NCBI GenBank assembly: GCA_016200255.1
Contig: JACQFA010000022.1
Span: 12,963-76,962, forward strand
Origin: Nitrospirota bacterium
Lineage (GTDB): Bacteria; Nitrospirota; Nitrospiria; JACQBZ01
Direction: 5' to 3'
Length of the DNA: 64,000 nucleotides
Made by a program: the position numbers and the translations under genes
The notes under the pieces: generated by a model
The model's input: only the letters and a program-made list of their open reading frames with translations
Told to the model about the DNA's origin: nothing
Database searches by the model: none
Part shown: piece after piece, positions 39,253 to 49,222 of the stretch
Numbering within the stretch: position 1 is the stretch's first letter
How the letters are laid out: each line of letters begins with the position of its first letter

Positions 39253-39734
39253 AAAAAAACACGATCATCGCAATTTTCCCGTTGATACTCCTGGCCGCGG
39301 TTCCCCTATCCCAATCCATGGCGGCGACGGTGCAGGAGGAACGGATCGACCTGCAGATGCGCGATATCGCGAAGACGCTGCGATGCACGATCTGTCAGAA
39401 CGAATCGATCTGGGAATCCCAAGCGGAGCTGGCGCATCAAATGCGCGAGATCATCAAGGAACGCCTGATCAAAGGCGAATCACCGGATCAGATACGGGCC
39501 TATTTTTTAAACCGTTACGGCGACTACATTTTATTGGCGCCTCAAAAAAGCGGGCTGAACTGGCTCCTGTGGGCCGGGCCGTTTGTCCTGCTCGCCGGAG
39601 GCGGGCTGTTCCTCTACCGGACCCTTGCACGCTGGGTCGTCCAGGCCGCCGAAGAAAAACAGGAAGCCCCGCCGCCGATCGATGAGCATCTCCGCAAACG
39701 AATCGAAGCGGAACTCCACTCCCGGGAAGACTGA
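39249..39734 (+). CDS. ccmH: Cytochrome c-type biogenesis protein CcmH
   Basis: 161 aa; LRCTICQ (LRCxxC) motif, signal peptide, C-terminal TM. Confidence 0.85.
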   Translation: MKKNTIIAIFPLILLAAVPLSQSMAATVQEERIDLQMRDIAKTLRCTICQNESIWESQAELAHQMREIIKERLIKGESPDQIRAYFLNRYGDYILLAPQKSGLNWLLWAGPFVLLAGGGLFLYRTLARWVVQAAEEKQEAPPPIDEHLRKRIEAELHSRED

Positions 39735-39749
39735 TAGAGAATCGGACTC

Positions 39750-40691
39750 ATGATTGCATTTTCAATAATCGCCGGCCTCATCCTCATCCTTGTGATCATC
39801 GTGCTGGCCTATCCATTATGGAATCGAACGGCCGCACCCATTCCGATGGGGCTCGAAGCCTCGATGGATCAGGAGCGGATCGACCTTGAGATCGAAAAAC
39901 AGACTCTCCTGAATTCACTGACCGAACTCGACCTCGACCTGGCTCAAGGACGGCTCACCCCGTCCGATTACCAGCGCCTCAAGGACGTTGACGAGAACCG
40001 GCTCGGCCGGATTTTAGCCAGACAGGATTCACTCCCTGCAAAGAGCGCCCCCGCTTCTCCGCCGCCTCGATCCGGCCTTCAATCCCATGCGGTGATGAAG
40101 TGGGCCGGCTCGGCTGTGCTCAGCCTCGTAGTGATCGGAACGGCAGCTGGAATTTATGAGTATGTTCATGGAAAAATCGGGCTGGAGGCGCAGAAGCTGA
40201 TCGCAGAACAGGGAAGCGGGGCCGGATCTCAAGGAATGCCGAACCCGGCCGAAATGGTGGCGCGACTGGAAAAACGTTTGAAAGAAAACCCGAATGACCT
40301 TCAGGGTCAGATCATGGCCGGACGGTCCTATATGTCGCTTCAACGGGTTGAAGATGCGCGAAAGGCCTGGAGCAAGGTGGTCGAACTGGACTACGGCAAT
40401 TACGAAGGCCATTTTTTTCTGGGACTCATCCAGCTTCAGACCGCCCCTCCGGATGATCAAAAAAATTCGCAGGAAGCCCTCAGCCATTTCGAAACGGCCC
40501 TGGTCAAGGTGCCGAGGGATCCCGCCATACTTTGGTATAAAGGCGTCGCCCTTCTGCGTCTTAAAGAGTACCCATTGACGGATAAGAGCTGGACCGAGGC
40601 GTTTCAGAATCTTCAACCCGGCACGGAAGACGCCGAGTTTGTAAAAAAGGCCCTTCAGAGTCTTCGATCGGGCAGCCCTCCGGTTCTTTGA
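39750..40691 (+). CDS. ccmI: TPR-repeat cytochrome c biogenesis factor (CcmI/CycH-like)
   Basis: 313 aa; N-terminal TM then TPR-like repeats; position after ccmH. Confidence 0.6.
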   Translation: MIAFSIIAGLILILVIIVLAYPLWNRTAAPIPMGLEASMDQERIDLEIEKQTLLNSLTELDLDLAQGRLTPSDYQRLKDVDENRLGRILARQDSLPAKSAPASPPPRSGLQSHAVMKWAGSAVLSLVVIGTAAGIYEYVHGKIGLEAQKLIAEQGSGAGSQGMPNPAEMVARLEKRLKENPNDLQGQIMAGRSYMSLQRVEDARKAWSKVVELDYGNYEGHFFLGLIQLQTAPPDDQKNSQEALSHFETALVKVPRDPAILWYKGVALLRLKEYPLTDKSWTEAFQNLQPGTEDAEFVKKALQSLRSGSPPVL

Positions 40692-40738
40692 GGCGTCGGC
40701 TTGGCTTGTCCTTCACTCATATCTCATGTATAATCAAA

Positions 40739-41305
40739 ATGTCTATGAATATGATGAATAAAACCATCTGCTCGGTCATCACCTCAAGCGCCCTTTCACT
40801 GTTCCTCCTCGGCTGTGAGCAGGCAGCCGATCCTCATGCCGGCGCCACCCCCATCTCAAAGGAAGAGGCCCCAAAAATCGGGTACATGGCCCCGAATTTC
40901 CGACTGACCAACTTGCACGGGGATGAAATCAGCGTGGCCGGACTGGCGGGAAAAGTGCTCTTCATCAATTTCTGGGCCACATGGTGCGGTCCCTGCAAGG
41001 CCGAAATGCCCTCGATGGATAAACTGTATCATGATTTCAAAAACAAAGGTCTTGAAATTCTGGCCGTCTCCAGCGACATGGAAGGGGCGCCGATCGTCCA
41101 ACCGTTTGTTGAGAAACTGGGGCTGTCCTATTCGATACTCCTGGACCCGGACTTTCGCGTGGATGACAAGTACCTGATTCAGTCCGTCCCGACAACCGTC
41201 TTGGTGGACAAAAACGGGGTCATCACCCACCGAATGGTGGGGGCCCGGGACTGGGACACCCCTGAATCTCGCGACTTGATCGAGAAACTTTTAAGGGTCA
41301 AGTAA
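40739..41305 (+). CDS. Periplasmic thioredoxin-family lipoprotein (TlpA/ResA-like thiol:disulfide oxidoreductase)
   Basis: Start MSMNMMNK; lipobox LLGC; WATWCGPC active site. Confidence 0.8.
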   Translation: MSMNMMNKTICSVITSSALSLFLLGCEQAADPHAGATPISKEEAPKIGYMAPNFRLTNLHGDEISVAGLAGKVLFINFWATWCGPCKAEMPSMDKLYHDFKNKGLEILAVSSDMEGAPIVQPFVEKLGLSYSILLDPDFRVDDKYLIQSVPTTVLVDKNGVITHRMVGARDWDTPESRDLIEKLLRVK

Positions 41306-41307
41306 CC

Positions 41308-42054
41308 ATGCTCGAAGCCCCCCAAACCGTTTCATACACGATTGCGTTCACAGCCGGTTTTTTATCCTTTGTTTCCCCGTGCGTCCTGCCGCTGGTCCCG
41401 GCGTATATCTCCTACATTACAGGGCTCTCTCTGGAGGAACTGACGAACTCCGCCGATGCCAAACAAGTCCGGTGGGTCGCCTTAAAGAATTCCCTTTTAT
41501 TCATCATGGGCTTCTCGATCGTCTTCATCGCCTTCGGGGCATCCGCAACCGCCTTCGGCCAGATGTTCCTTCTATACCAAAACCTGATCCGGAAGATCGG
41601 CGGATTACTGATCATCTTTTTCGGACTTTATTTAATCGGCGCCGTTAAGATTCCATTCCTCATGTCTTATCGACAGTACCGGTTCCAGAACCGACCGGCC
41701 GGCGCGGTCGGATCCGTTCTGATCGGGATCACCTTCGCCGCCGCCTGGACTCCCTGCGTCGGGCCGATTCTGGGATCGGTCTATATGATGGCCAGCACGT
41801 CCCAATCCGTCGGAGATGGCGTGCGGCTTCTCGCGGTCTACTCGATCGGGCTGGGACTTCCTCTCCTGGTTGCCGCGATGAGCGTGAACGCCTTTTTATC
41901 TTCCTACCGAAAGATGAAAGACTATATGTGGATCGTTTCACTGGTCAGCGGATCTTTCCTGATCCTGGTCGGGATCCTGGTCTTTACCAATTCCTTGCGA
42001 ATCCTGAACGCGTGGCTGACCCAGTACGGCATCGGATGGTCCGTTGGACAGTAA
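41308..42054 (+). CDS. ccdA: Cytochrome c biogenesis transmembrane electron-transfer protein CcdA (DsbD beta-domain family)
   Basis: 248 aa; two conserved Cys in TM segments (SPCVLPL, WTPCVGPIL). Confidence 0.85.
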   Translation: MLEAPQTVSYTIAFTAGFLSFVSPCVLPLVPAYISYITGLSLEELTNSADAKQVRWVALKNSLLFIMGFSIVFIAFGASATAFGQMFLLYQNLIRKIGGLLIIFFGLYLIGAVKIPFLMSYRQYRFQNRPAGAVGSVLIGITFAAAWTPCVGPILGSVYMMASTSQSVGDGVRLLAVYSIGLGLPLLVAAMSVNAFLSSYRKMKDYMWIVSLVSGSFLILVGILVFTNSLRILNAWLTQYGIGWSVGQ

Positions 42055-42057
42055 ACC

Positions 42058-43155
42058 ATGAAAACCCAGCCGATTCATCAGGCCTGTATTGTCATGGCGC
42101 TTCTGTTTCTCAGCCCGCCGTCCATATCCGCGGATGTGTTAAAACCGCCCGCGGCCGCCAAACCCGGGCCGAAACCTTTTTCATTTGCCGATGTCGTCCG
42201 AAAAGAAAAACCGGCCGTGGTGAACATCAGCACGACTCAAAAGGGCGCAAAGGGTGAAGGCGTTTTACCGGAAGACCATCCGCCTCTGGGAGATTTTTTC
42301 GGCAACACGCTCCCGAAAGAGTTCAGGGGCCAAAGTCTGGGATCGGGTTTCATCATCAAGAAAGATGGCCTGATCCTCACCAACAACCACGTGATTGAAA
42401 AAGCGGATAAGATCATCGTGCGCCTCTCGGATGAACGCGAGTTCGAAGCCAAGGTGGTCGGCCACGATAATAAAACCGACCTCGCCCTGATCAAGATTTC
42501 GGATCACCAAGACCTGCCGGTCGTTCAGATGGGAGATTCCGATCAACTGGAGGTGGGAGAATGGGTCATCGCCATCGGCAACCCGTTCGGGTTGGAACAG
42601 ACCGTCACGGTGGGCATCGTCAGCGCCAAGGGCCGTGCGTTCGGCAACGGACCGTTCGACGATTACATCCAGACCGACGCATCGATCAATCCCGGCAACA
42701 GCGGCGGACCGCTGTTCAACATCAACGGCGAGGTCATCGGGATCAACACGGCGATGAATCCCTCCGGACAGGGCATTGGATTTGCGATCCCTATCAATCA
42801 GGTCAAAAAAGTCCTGAACCAGCTCGAGACCAACGGAAAAATATCGCGGGGCTGGCTGGGCGTGATGATCCAGGAATTAAACGAGGATCTGGCCCGATCG
42901 TTTCATCTGAAGGATAAGAACGGGGCCTTGATCTCGGAGGTATTTGAAAACAGCCCCGCCGCCCGCGCCGGACTCGAACGCGGGGATGTCATCGTCGAAT
43001 TCGACGGGAAGAAGATCAGCCAGATGCGGATGTTGCCTTTGATCGTCGCCGCGGTGCCGATCGGCAAAGAGGTCAGACTGAAGACGATCCGGAACGGCAA
43101 AGAACAGACCCTGACGGTCAAGATCGGACTGATGGAAGAGAAGGACGCAAAATAA
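42058..43155 (+). CDS. Periplasmic serine endoprotease, DegP/HtrA family (trypsin domain + one PDZ)
   Basis: 365 aa; catalytic triad contexts TNNHV / DLALIK / GNSGGPL; signal peptide. Confidence 0.85.
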   Translation: MKTQPIHQACIVMALLFLSPPSISADVLKPPAAAKPGPKPFSFADVVRKEKPAVVNISTTQKGAKGEGVLPEDHPPLGDFFGNTLPKEFRGQSLGSGFIIKKDGLILTNNHVIEKADKIIVRLSDEREFEAKVVGHDNKTDLALIKISDHQDLPVVQMGDSDQLEVGEWVIAIGNPFGLEQTVTVGIVSAKGRAFGNGPFDDYIQTDASINPGNSGGPLFNINGEVIGINTAMNPSGQGIGFAIPINQVKKVLNQLETNGKISRGWLGVMIQELNEDLARSFHLKDKNGALISEVFENSPAARAGLERGDVIVEFDGKKISQMRMLPLIVAAVPIGKEVRLKTIRNGKEQTLTVKIGLMEEKDAK

Positions 43156-43192
43156 TAGATGACTATGAACACGCGCGTGACACGATAAATAA

Positions 43193-43987
43193 ATGCATCC
43201 CATCCTTCTCCAGATCGGGACCGTGGAGATCCGCTGGTACGGCGTGATGATCGCGCTGGCCTTTCTGGCCGGGATGTTTATCGGCACCCGGGAGGCCCGT
43301 CGACGAGGATACGATCCCGAGTTGATTTACGACTTCCTGCTCTATGTCATGATCGCCGGCATCGCCGGGGCGCGACTCTATTATGCCCTGGTCTCCAATC
43401 CGGTCTATTTTTTCCGGCACCCGTTGGATATCCCGGCGATCTGGCGGGGAGGCCTGGCCCTTCATGGCGGATTGATCGGGGGACTTCTGGCCGGGATTTG
43501 GTTTTGCAGAAAACGGCAGTTGCCCTTCTGGGGATTCGCGGATCTTCTGACGCCTTCCATCATGCTGGGCCAGGCCGTGGGTCGCGGGGCCTGCACCTTG
43601 AACGGTTGCAGTTACGGAAAACCGGCCGCACTCCCCTGGGCCATTTCCTTCACCGATCCGGCCGCACAGGCGCCGCACAACATCCCGCTTCACCCCACCC
43701 AGATCTATGAGATGGCGGCGGATTTCTTGATCTTCCTTCTCCTGTGGAACCTCCGCAAGAAAATGCGATTCGAAGGCCAGCTCTTTCTGATCTATCTCGT
43801 GATCTATGCGGTGGCCCGATTTATTCTGGAATTTTTTCGCGGCGACTCCCTGATGGTCGCCGGCCTCTTTCCGGTCCCCCAGGTCTTCAGCGTTGCGCTT
43901 TTCATTACGGCCCTCGCGGCCTACGCCTGGCGACAGTCGGCCTCCCGGATGACAACCTCACACGACGCGGTATCCTTCCGACCGTGA
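43193..43987 (+). CDS. lgt: Prolipoprotein diacylglyceryl transferase
   Basis: 264 aa; Lgt signature region (GGLIGGLLAG...). Confidence 0.9.
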   Translation: MHPILLQIGTVEIRWYGVMIALAFLAGMFIGTREARRRGYDPELIYDFLLYVMIAGIAGARLYYALVSNPVYFFRHPLDIPAIWRGGLALHGGLIGGLLAGIWFCRKRQLPFWGFADLLTPSIMLGQAVGRGACTLNGCSYGKPAALPWAISFTDPAAQAPHNIPLHPTQIYEMAADFLIFLLLWNLRKKMRFEGQLFLIYLVIYAVARFILEFFRGDSLMVAGLFPVPQVFSVALFITALAAYAWRQSASRMTTSHDAVSFRP

Positions 43988-44646
43988 AGCCGATCGCCAT
44001 TAAAAATTCATGGATCGGCCTGGACGAATCGGGCAAGGGGGATTATTTCGGACCGTTGGTGGTGGCCGGCGTCCAAGCCGATCCGGAGATCTCCGCACAA
44101 CTCACGGCATGGGGCGTCAAAGACAGCAAGCGGCTTTCGGATAAACGGATACTGGACCTGGAACCGATGATCCGACAGGCCTGCCGACATTCGATCGTGG
44201 CCATCGGCCCGGAGCGATACAACGAGCTCTACGAAAAGTTCAGAAATTTAAACAAGCTGTTGGCTTGGGCTCATGCCCGGACGCTTGAAAATCTCCTGTC
44301 GGAGGGGGAATGTCCCCGGGCGATCGCCGATCAGTTCGGGGATGAGCGGTTGATCAAAAACGCCCTGATGGAAAAAGGCCGGAAGATCGTGCTGGAGCAG
44401 CGCCCACGAGCGGAGGAAGATCCGGCCGTCGCCGCAGCCTCGATCCTGGCCCGGGCCGAATTTCTAAAACGCATCAAACGGCTGTCGGAAGAACAACAGA
44501 TGGACCTGCCCAAAGGGGCGTCGGATCGGGTCCGGGACGCGGCGGTCAAACTGGTCAGGGAAAAATCGGCCGAAGAATTAAAAAAAGTGGCCAAGTGGCA
44601 TTTCAAGACGACGCAGCAGGTGCTTGAGGCGAGCCGGCTTCGTTGA
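43984..44646 (+). CDS. RNase HII/HIII-family ribonuclease with HIII-type active-site motif (DESGKGDYFGP), lacking an N-terminal substrate-binding domain
   Basis: GTG start overlapping the lgt stop (GTGA). The track ORF's 80-aa N-extension lies out of frame inside lgt and is R/P/G-rich junk, so it is rejected. Confidence 0.65.
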   Translation: MKPIAIKNSWIGLDESGKGDYFGPLVVAGVQADPEISAQLTAWGVKDSKRLSDKRILDLEPMIRQACRHSIVAIGPERYNELYEKFRNLNKLLAWAHARTLENLLSEGECPRAIADQFGDERLIKNALMEKGRKIVLEQRPRAEEDPAVAAASILARAEFLKRIKRLSEEQQMDLPKGASDRVRDAAVKLVREKSAEELKKVAKWHFKTTQQVLEASRLR

Positions 44647-45388
44647 TCGACGCGGGCTGTTCCACTGAAGAAGGCCAGTAGAGGATCCGCTGGCATTGAG
44701 AACAGGTCAGGATGCGCTGCCGGGCCCTCACCTCGGTGATCATCTGCGGCGGAACGTTCATGTGGCATCCGCCGCAGGTTCCATGCTGGATCGGAACCAC
44801 GGCCCATTCCCGATGAAGGTTTTTGATCTTCTGATACATCTTCAGTAGCTTCGGATCGACGGCCGGGACGATCGCCTCCCGCTCTTTTTCCACGACCCCC
44901 AGTTCGGCTTTCAATGCCTCGGCCTGTTTTTCCAACTGAAGGCGCTCCGACTCGAATTTTTGCTCGGCGGCCTTGACGGTTTGGGACAGCTCGGTCTCTT
45001 TGCGTTTGCAACCATCGAGCTGCTCCATCAGCGTCAGCAATTCCTCCTCCACCCGACCTTTTTCAACTTTAAAAGCTTCAATTTCCTGCAGATGAGCCTG
45101 ATACTCTTTGTTCGTTTTGATCTCGCTCTGGCGATTGCGGGCTTTCGAGAGCCGCTCCTCGCAGGTCTCGAGATCCCGCTCCTTTTCCCGCTTTCGTTGG
45201 TTGCAGCTCTCTCCCTCGGCGTGGGTTTGAGTGAACTTGGTCTGTGTTTCGGTCAGGAATTTTCGGGCCGTCTCGATTTTTTCAGGAATCCGGACCGTCT
45301 CGCCCTTTAAGATGACCAACCGGTTGTCGATCTCTTGCAGTCGGACAAGCTGCTCCAGTTGATCTTTCAATTGAGTTTCCTCTGGCAC
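44603..45388 (-). CDS. Coiled-coil protein with C-terminal C4 zinc ribbon (COG1579-like)
   Basis: Long coiled coil then CGGCH...CSQC. GTG start at 45388 preceded by GAGGAG; the track's longer start would overlap the tRNA. Confidence 0.7.
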   Translation of the reverse strand: MPEETQLKDQLEQLVRLQEIDNRLVILKGETVRIPEKIETARKFLTETQTKFTQTHAEGESCNQRKREKERDLETCEERLSKARNRQSEIKTNKEYQAHLQEIEAFKVEKGRVEEELLTLMEQLDGCKRKETELSQTVKAAEQKFESERLQLEKQAEALKAELGVVEKEREAIVPAVDPKLLKMYQKIKNLHREWAVVPIQHGTCGGCHMNVPPQMITEVRARQRILTCSQCQRILYWPSSVEQPASINEAGSPQAPAASS

Positions 45389-45400
45389 CCTGATCTCCTC

Positions 45401-45473
45401 TGGGCCCACCTGGGATCGAACCAGGTACCTGACCCTTATAAGGGGTCTGCTCTGCCAAATGAGCTATGGGCCC
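45401..45473 (-). tRNA. tRNA-Ile-like with anticodon UAU (ileX position downstream of rpoD); no encoded CCA
   Basis: Cloverleaf on the reverse complement: acceptor GGGCCCA/TGGGCCC, D-stem GCTC/GAGC, anticodon stem GACCC/GGGTC with loop CTTATAA (anticodon TAT at plus 45438-45440), variable loop AGGTA, T-arm CCTGG-TTCGATC-CCAGG, discriminator A. Confidence 0.7.
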
Positions 45474-45510
45474 AAATATGAAATTCCAAATCTCAACATA
45501 AGACGCTGAA

Positions 45511-47331
45511 TTACAGGCTTTCCACAAAGCTCTTCAGTTTTTTGCTCCGGCTGGGGTGGCGCAATTTTCGAAGAGCCTTGGCCTCGATCTGGCGAATCCG
45601 TTCGCGGGTGACTTCGAAATCCTGCCCCACTTCCTCAAGGGTATGGTCGGTATTCTCCCCGATCCCGAACCGCTTGCGCAAAACCCTTTCCTCCCGCGGC
45701 GTCAGCGTTTGAAGAATATTCGTAATCTGGCGCTGAAGGTCGTATCTAATCGCGGCCTCGATCGGAGAAACCGCCTTTTTGTCCTCGATGAAATCGCCCA
45801 GATGGCTGTCTTCTTCTTCCCCAATCGGCGTCTCCAGCGAGATGGGTTCCTTTGCGATCTTGAGTATTTTCCGGACCTTTTCAATGGGGAGATCCATCTT
45901 CTCGCCGATCTCTTCCGGCATCGGCTCGCGGCCGAGCTCCTGAACCAGATGCCGGGAGGTGCGGATCAGCTTGTTGATCGTCTCGATCATGTGAACCGGA
46001 ATCCGGATCGTCCGGGCCTGATCGGCGATCGCCCGCGTGATCGCCTGACGGATCCACCAGGTCGCGTAGGTGCTGAACTTGTAACCCCGCTTGTATTCAA
46101 ATTTATCCACGGCCTTCATCAAACCGATATTGCCCTCCTGGATCAGATCCAGAAACTGGAGCCCGCGGTTGGTGTATTTTTTTGCGATGCTGACCACCAA
46201 CCGGAGGTTGGCCTCTACGAGGTCGGTCTTGCCGGACTTGATCTTGATCTCACCCTGATCGAGAAGTTTGACGGCCTCCTTGATTTCTTCGGACGTGACC
46301 ATCGCCACGGCCTCGGCCGCCCGGATTTTTTTCCGCGCTTCGCGGTAAATCCGGTCGACCTCATGGAGCGTCTCAACGGGCAGCCCGGTTTTCCGTCGAA
46401 CGGATTTGAGGCCGCTCGGCCCCCTCCCGATTTTCTTCAGGAGCAGAAGGCCCTCTTCGCCCGAAGCCCCCAAACGGCGCTTGCCGTTGGTGATCTCGCG
46501 CTCGGCCTGATGAATATTAGCCGCGAGCGCCGTGACCTGACCGGTCATCCGGTCAATCAGGGCCGGATGCAGGTTGACTTGTTCGATCTTCTCGGCGATC
46601 TGGGATTTGATTTCGCGAAGCTGACCCTTGATTTTCCGACGTTTGACCTGGTCCGAGCCGGTTCGTTTTAACCGTTGATAAGCCCGCATCAGATCCCGGT
46701 AGGGGTTTCTCATTTTCGAAATGGCCTCCAGGGTGCGGGCGGTAAGCTCCGCGTCATCCTGTTCCTGAGCCACGCCTTCCTCGTCGAATTCTTCGTCAAA
46801 GGCCGAGACCACTTCCCGGATACTGATCTTTCCATGCCGGAGTTTTTCTCCCAGCGACAGAAGGTCTTTGATGATCATCGGCGTCCCGAAGACGACCGCG
46901 GCCACATCTTTTTCCCCCTCCTCGATCTTCTTCGCGATCTCGATCTCGCCTTCCCGGGACAACAACGGGACACTGCCCATTTCTTTCAGATACAACCGAA
47001 CCGGATCGGCGGTGCGGCTCAAAACTCCGGGCGTCAGATCGATCTCCTTGACCTTCTCTTCTTCGCCCTCCTCTTCCGCCTCTTCCAGTCCCTTAAACCC
47101 CTCCCGTTCCTCCTCGGGTTCCGCCATCATTTTCTGATAGCGCTCTTCCTCCGGAGTGTCGATGATCTCGATATCCATTTCACCGAACATCATCATGAGG
47201 TTGTCGATCTGCTCGGACGAAACCATATCCGCCGGAAGGGCATTGTTCAGCTCATCGTACGTCAGGTACCCCTTCTCTTTGCCCAGCGAGATTAACTGCT
47301 TGACTTCGTCCACCTTCTCATCCTTGGCCAT
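45511..47331 (-). CDS. rpoD: RNA polymerase primary sigma factor (sigma-70)
   Basis: Start [10 protein letters not shown] with GGGAGGG RBS; regions 1.1-4.2 with an acidic spacer; 4.2 [30 protein letters not shown]. Confidence 0.95.
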   Translation of the reverse strand: MAKDEKVDEVKQLISLGKEKGYLTYDELNNALPADMVSSEQIDNLMMMFGEMDIEIIDTPEEERYQKMMAEPEEEREGFKGLEEAEEEGEEEKVKEIDLTPGVLSRTADPVRLYLKEMGSVPLLSREGEIEIAKKIEEGEKDVAAVVFGTPMIIKDLLSLGEKLRHGKISIREVVSAFDEEFDEEGVAQEQDDAELTARTLEAISKMRNPYRDLMRAYQRLKRTGSDQVKRRKIKGQLREIKSQIAEKIEQVNLHPALIDRMTGQVTALAANIHQAEREITNGKRRLGASGEEGLLLLKKIGRGPSGLKSVRRKTGLPVETLHEVDRIYREARKKIRAAEAVAMVTSEEIKEAVKLLDQGEIKIKSGKTDLVEANLRLVVSIAKKYTNRGLQFLDLIQEGNIGLMKAVDKFEYKRGYKFSTYATWWIRQAITRAIADQARTIRIPVHMIETINKLIRTSRHLVQELGREPMPEEIGEKMDLPIEKVRKILKIAKEPISLETPIGEEEDSHLGDFIEDKKAVSPIEAAIRYDLQRQITNILQTLTPREERVLRKRFGIGENTDHTLEEVGQDFEVTRERIRQIEAKALRKLRHPSRSKKLKSFVESL

Positions 47332-47379
47332 GAACCCTCCCACGGGACGATCTCCGTCCACCCGCCATAAAAAAGCGAT

Positions 47380-49182
47380 TCAACTTCCGACTTCCAAGCT
47401 CATTTTTTTAAGACCGACCAGTTTGTCCAGCAACGATTTGATCTGCGGGTTGTTTCCGATTTTCTCGGCATCCCGAATCGCAGTCTCCAGAGTCTTCATT
47501 TCAGAACGTATTTTCTTCACGCGGAGCATCCGGATACAATCCCTGAGGGTCTGATCCGGATCATCGTAATCCGGCTCCTGGACCATGAGGGCCGTCAGGA
47601 TCGGGGCCAGCGCTGGATCCGCCGTATCCGGCTGGATCCGTGCGGTTGACGGGACGGTCGCGGCTGTCTGCTGACTCGACTCCACGTACAGGTTGAAAAT
47701 CCGCCGAAGCCGTCCATCCGTAAAATGGTCCGGTTCAATTTGCTGGAGCAACATCTGTGCCGTGACCCGGTTGTGCACTAAAAGGTGCAGCGGGATTTGC
47801 TCCTCTTTCGGCAATCGTGAGAGCGGCGACGGCGAAGACGGACTTGGAGCGGCGGCCCCGGTTCCACTGAGCTGCGCCATCTCCTTGACCAGCTCCCGCT
47901 CCTCCAAACCGAGACTCTCGGCCAGATGTTTTAAGTAGTAACTTCGCTCGACCGGACGCGTCACCTTTCGGATCACGGGCAGGATGCGATCCACGATCTT
48001 CAGTTTACCCTCGATGGTTTTCGCCGACGGATCCGACAACCCCTGCTGGATTGCAAAATCCAGAAGCTTGGAGGACCGATCCAACAACTGGGTAAAAGCC
48101 TCGGCCCCCCGGCCTTTGATGAAGCTGTCCGGGTCCTCCCCCGACGGCAGCAACACCACTTCCCCCGACACGGGACTGGGGATGATCAAATCCATGGTTC
48201 GCAACGCAGCCCGGATTCCGGCGTCGTCCGGGTCGAAAATTAATTTTACAGTCTGCACAAAACGGTGGATCCGCTGAAGATGATTGGAGGTTAGCGCGGT
48301 GCCCAACGTCGCCGCAACGGCATGGATCCCGGCCTGATGTGCCGCGATGGCATCAAAGTAGCCCTCCACGACCACCAGATAACCGCATTTGCCGGCCGCC
48401 TCCCTGGCTTTCTCCAGCGCATAGAGGTGATGCCCTTTGCTGAAGATCGGCGTCTCGGGGGAATTAAGGTATTTGGGCAGGCCGTTATCCATGACCCTCC
48501 CGCCAAAACCGATCACCCGTTTTTGCAGATCGAAAATCGGAAAGATCACCCGGTTGCGGAAGCGATCGTAGTAATGCCTGCGGGCCGTCTCGGGTTGATC
48601 CCTTGAGATAATGAGACCGGCCTTTTCAATTGAACCGTCGGACCAACCCCTTTTGATGAGAGCCTGCTGGAGCCCGTTCCAACCCGCAGGAGCATACCCC
48701 AGCGAGAATTCCTCGACGGTTAGATTGGAAATTCCCCGCTCTTGAAGATAGTCCCTCGCGCGCTGCGCTTCCGGGCTTTTCAAAAGAAGCGTGTGATAAT
48801 AACCGGCCGCGTCGCCGTGAATACGGTAGAGTTCCTCTCGATCCTGATCGGCCTTGCTCGGCTCTCCGGTCCGCTGCGGGAGCACCGGTATTCCGAGTCG
48901 CTCGGCCAGCAGTTTGACCGCCTGCGGAAAGGCCGCCCCGTCTATCTTCATCAAAAAACCGATGACATCGCCTCCTTCACCGCATCCGAAGCAGTGATAG
49001 ACCTGTTTCCCGGGGCTGACCGTAAAGGACGGGGTCTTCTCAGTATGGAACGGACAGAGCCCGACCCAGTTTTGTCCCGTCTTTTTGAGAGAGACATAAC
49101 GCGATACCCACTCGAGAATATCACTCTCCTGACGCACCCTTTGAATCAGATCTTCTGAGAAGTACCCACGCTCCATAGACAA
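47380..49182 (-). CDS. dnaG: DNA primase
   Basis: 600 aa; CHC2 zinc finger CPFHTEKTPSF...HCFGCG; TOPRIM domain. Confidence 0.95.
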   Translation of the reverse strand: MSMERGYFSEDLIQRVRQESDILEWVSRYVSLKKTGQNWVGLCPFHTEKTPSFTVSPGKQVYHCFGCGEGGDVIGFLMKIDGAAFPQAVKLLAERLGIPVLPQRTGEPSKADQDREELYRIHGDAAGYYHTLLLKSPEAQRARDYLQERGISNLTVEEFSLGYAPAGWNGLQQALIKRGWSDGSIEKAGLIISRDQPETARRHYYDRFRNRVIFPIFDLQKRVIGFGGRVMDNGLPKYLNSPETPIFSKGHHLYALEKAREAAGKCGYLVVVEGYFDAIAAHQAGIHAVAATLGTALTSNHLQRIHRFVQTVKLIFDPDDAGIRAALRTMDLIIPSPVSGEVVLLPSGEDPDSFIKGRGAEAFTQLLDRSSKLLDFAIQQGLSDPSAKTIEGKLKIVDRILPVIRKVTRPVERSYYLKHLAESLGLEERELVKEMAQLSGTGAAAPSPSSPSPLSRLPKEEQIPLHLLVHNRVTAQMLLQQIEPDHFTDGRLRRIFNLYVESSQQTAATVPSTARIQPDTADPALAPILTALMVQEPDYDDPDQTLRDCIRMLRVKKIRSEMKTLETAIRDAEKIGNNPQIKSLLDKLVGLKKMSLEVGS

Positions 49183-49222
49183 TCCGTTATGATTCTCACG
49201 CAGAATGTAAGGAGGAAATGGT

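Noticed and set aside
43744-43983. 80-aa N-extension of the RNase H ORF that would overlap lgt by 240 nt
   Set aside because: Improbable long overlap; the composition is R/P/G-rich. The GTG at 43984 couples to the lgt stop.
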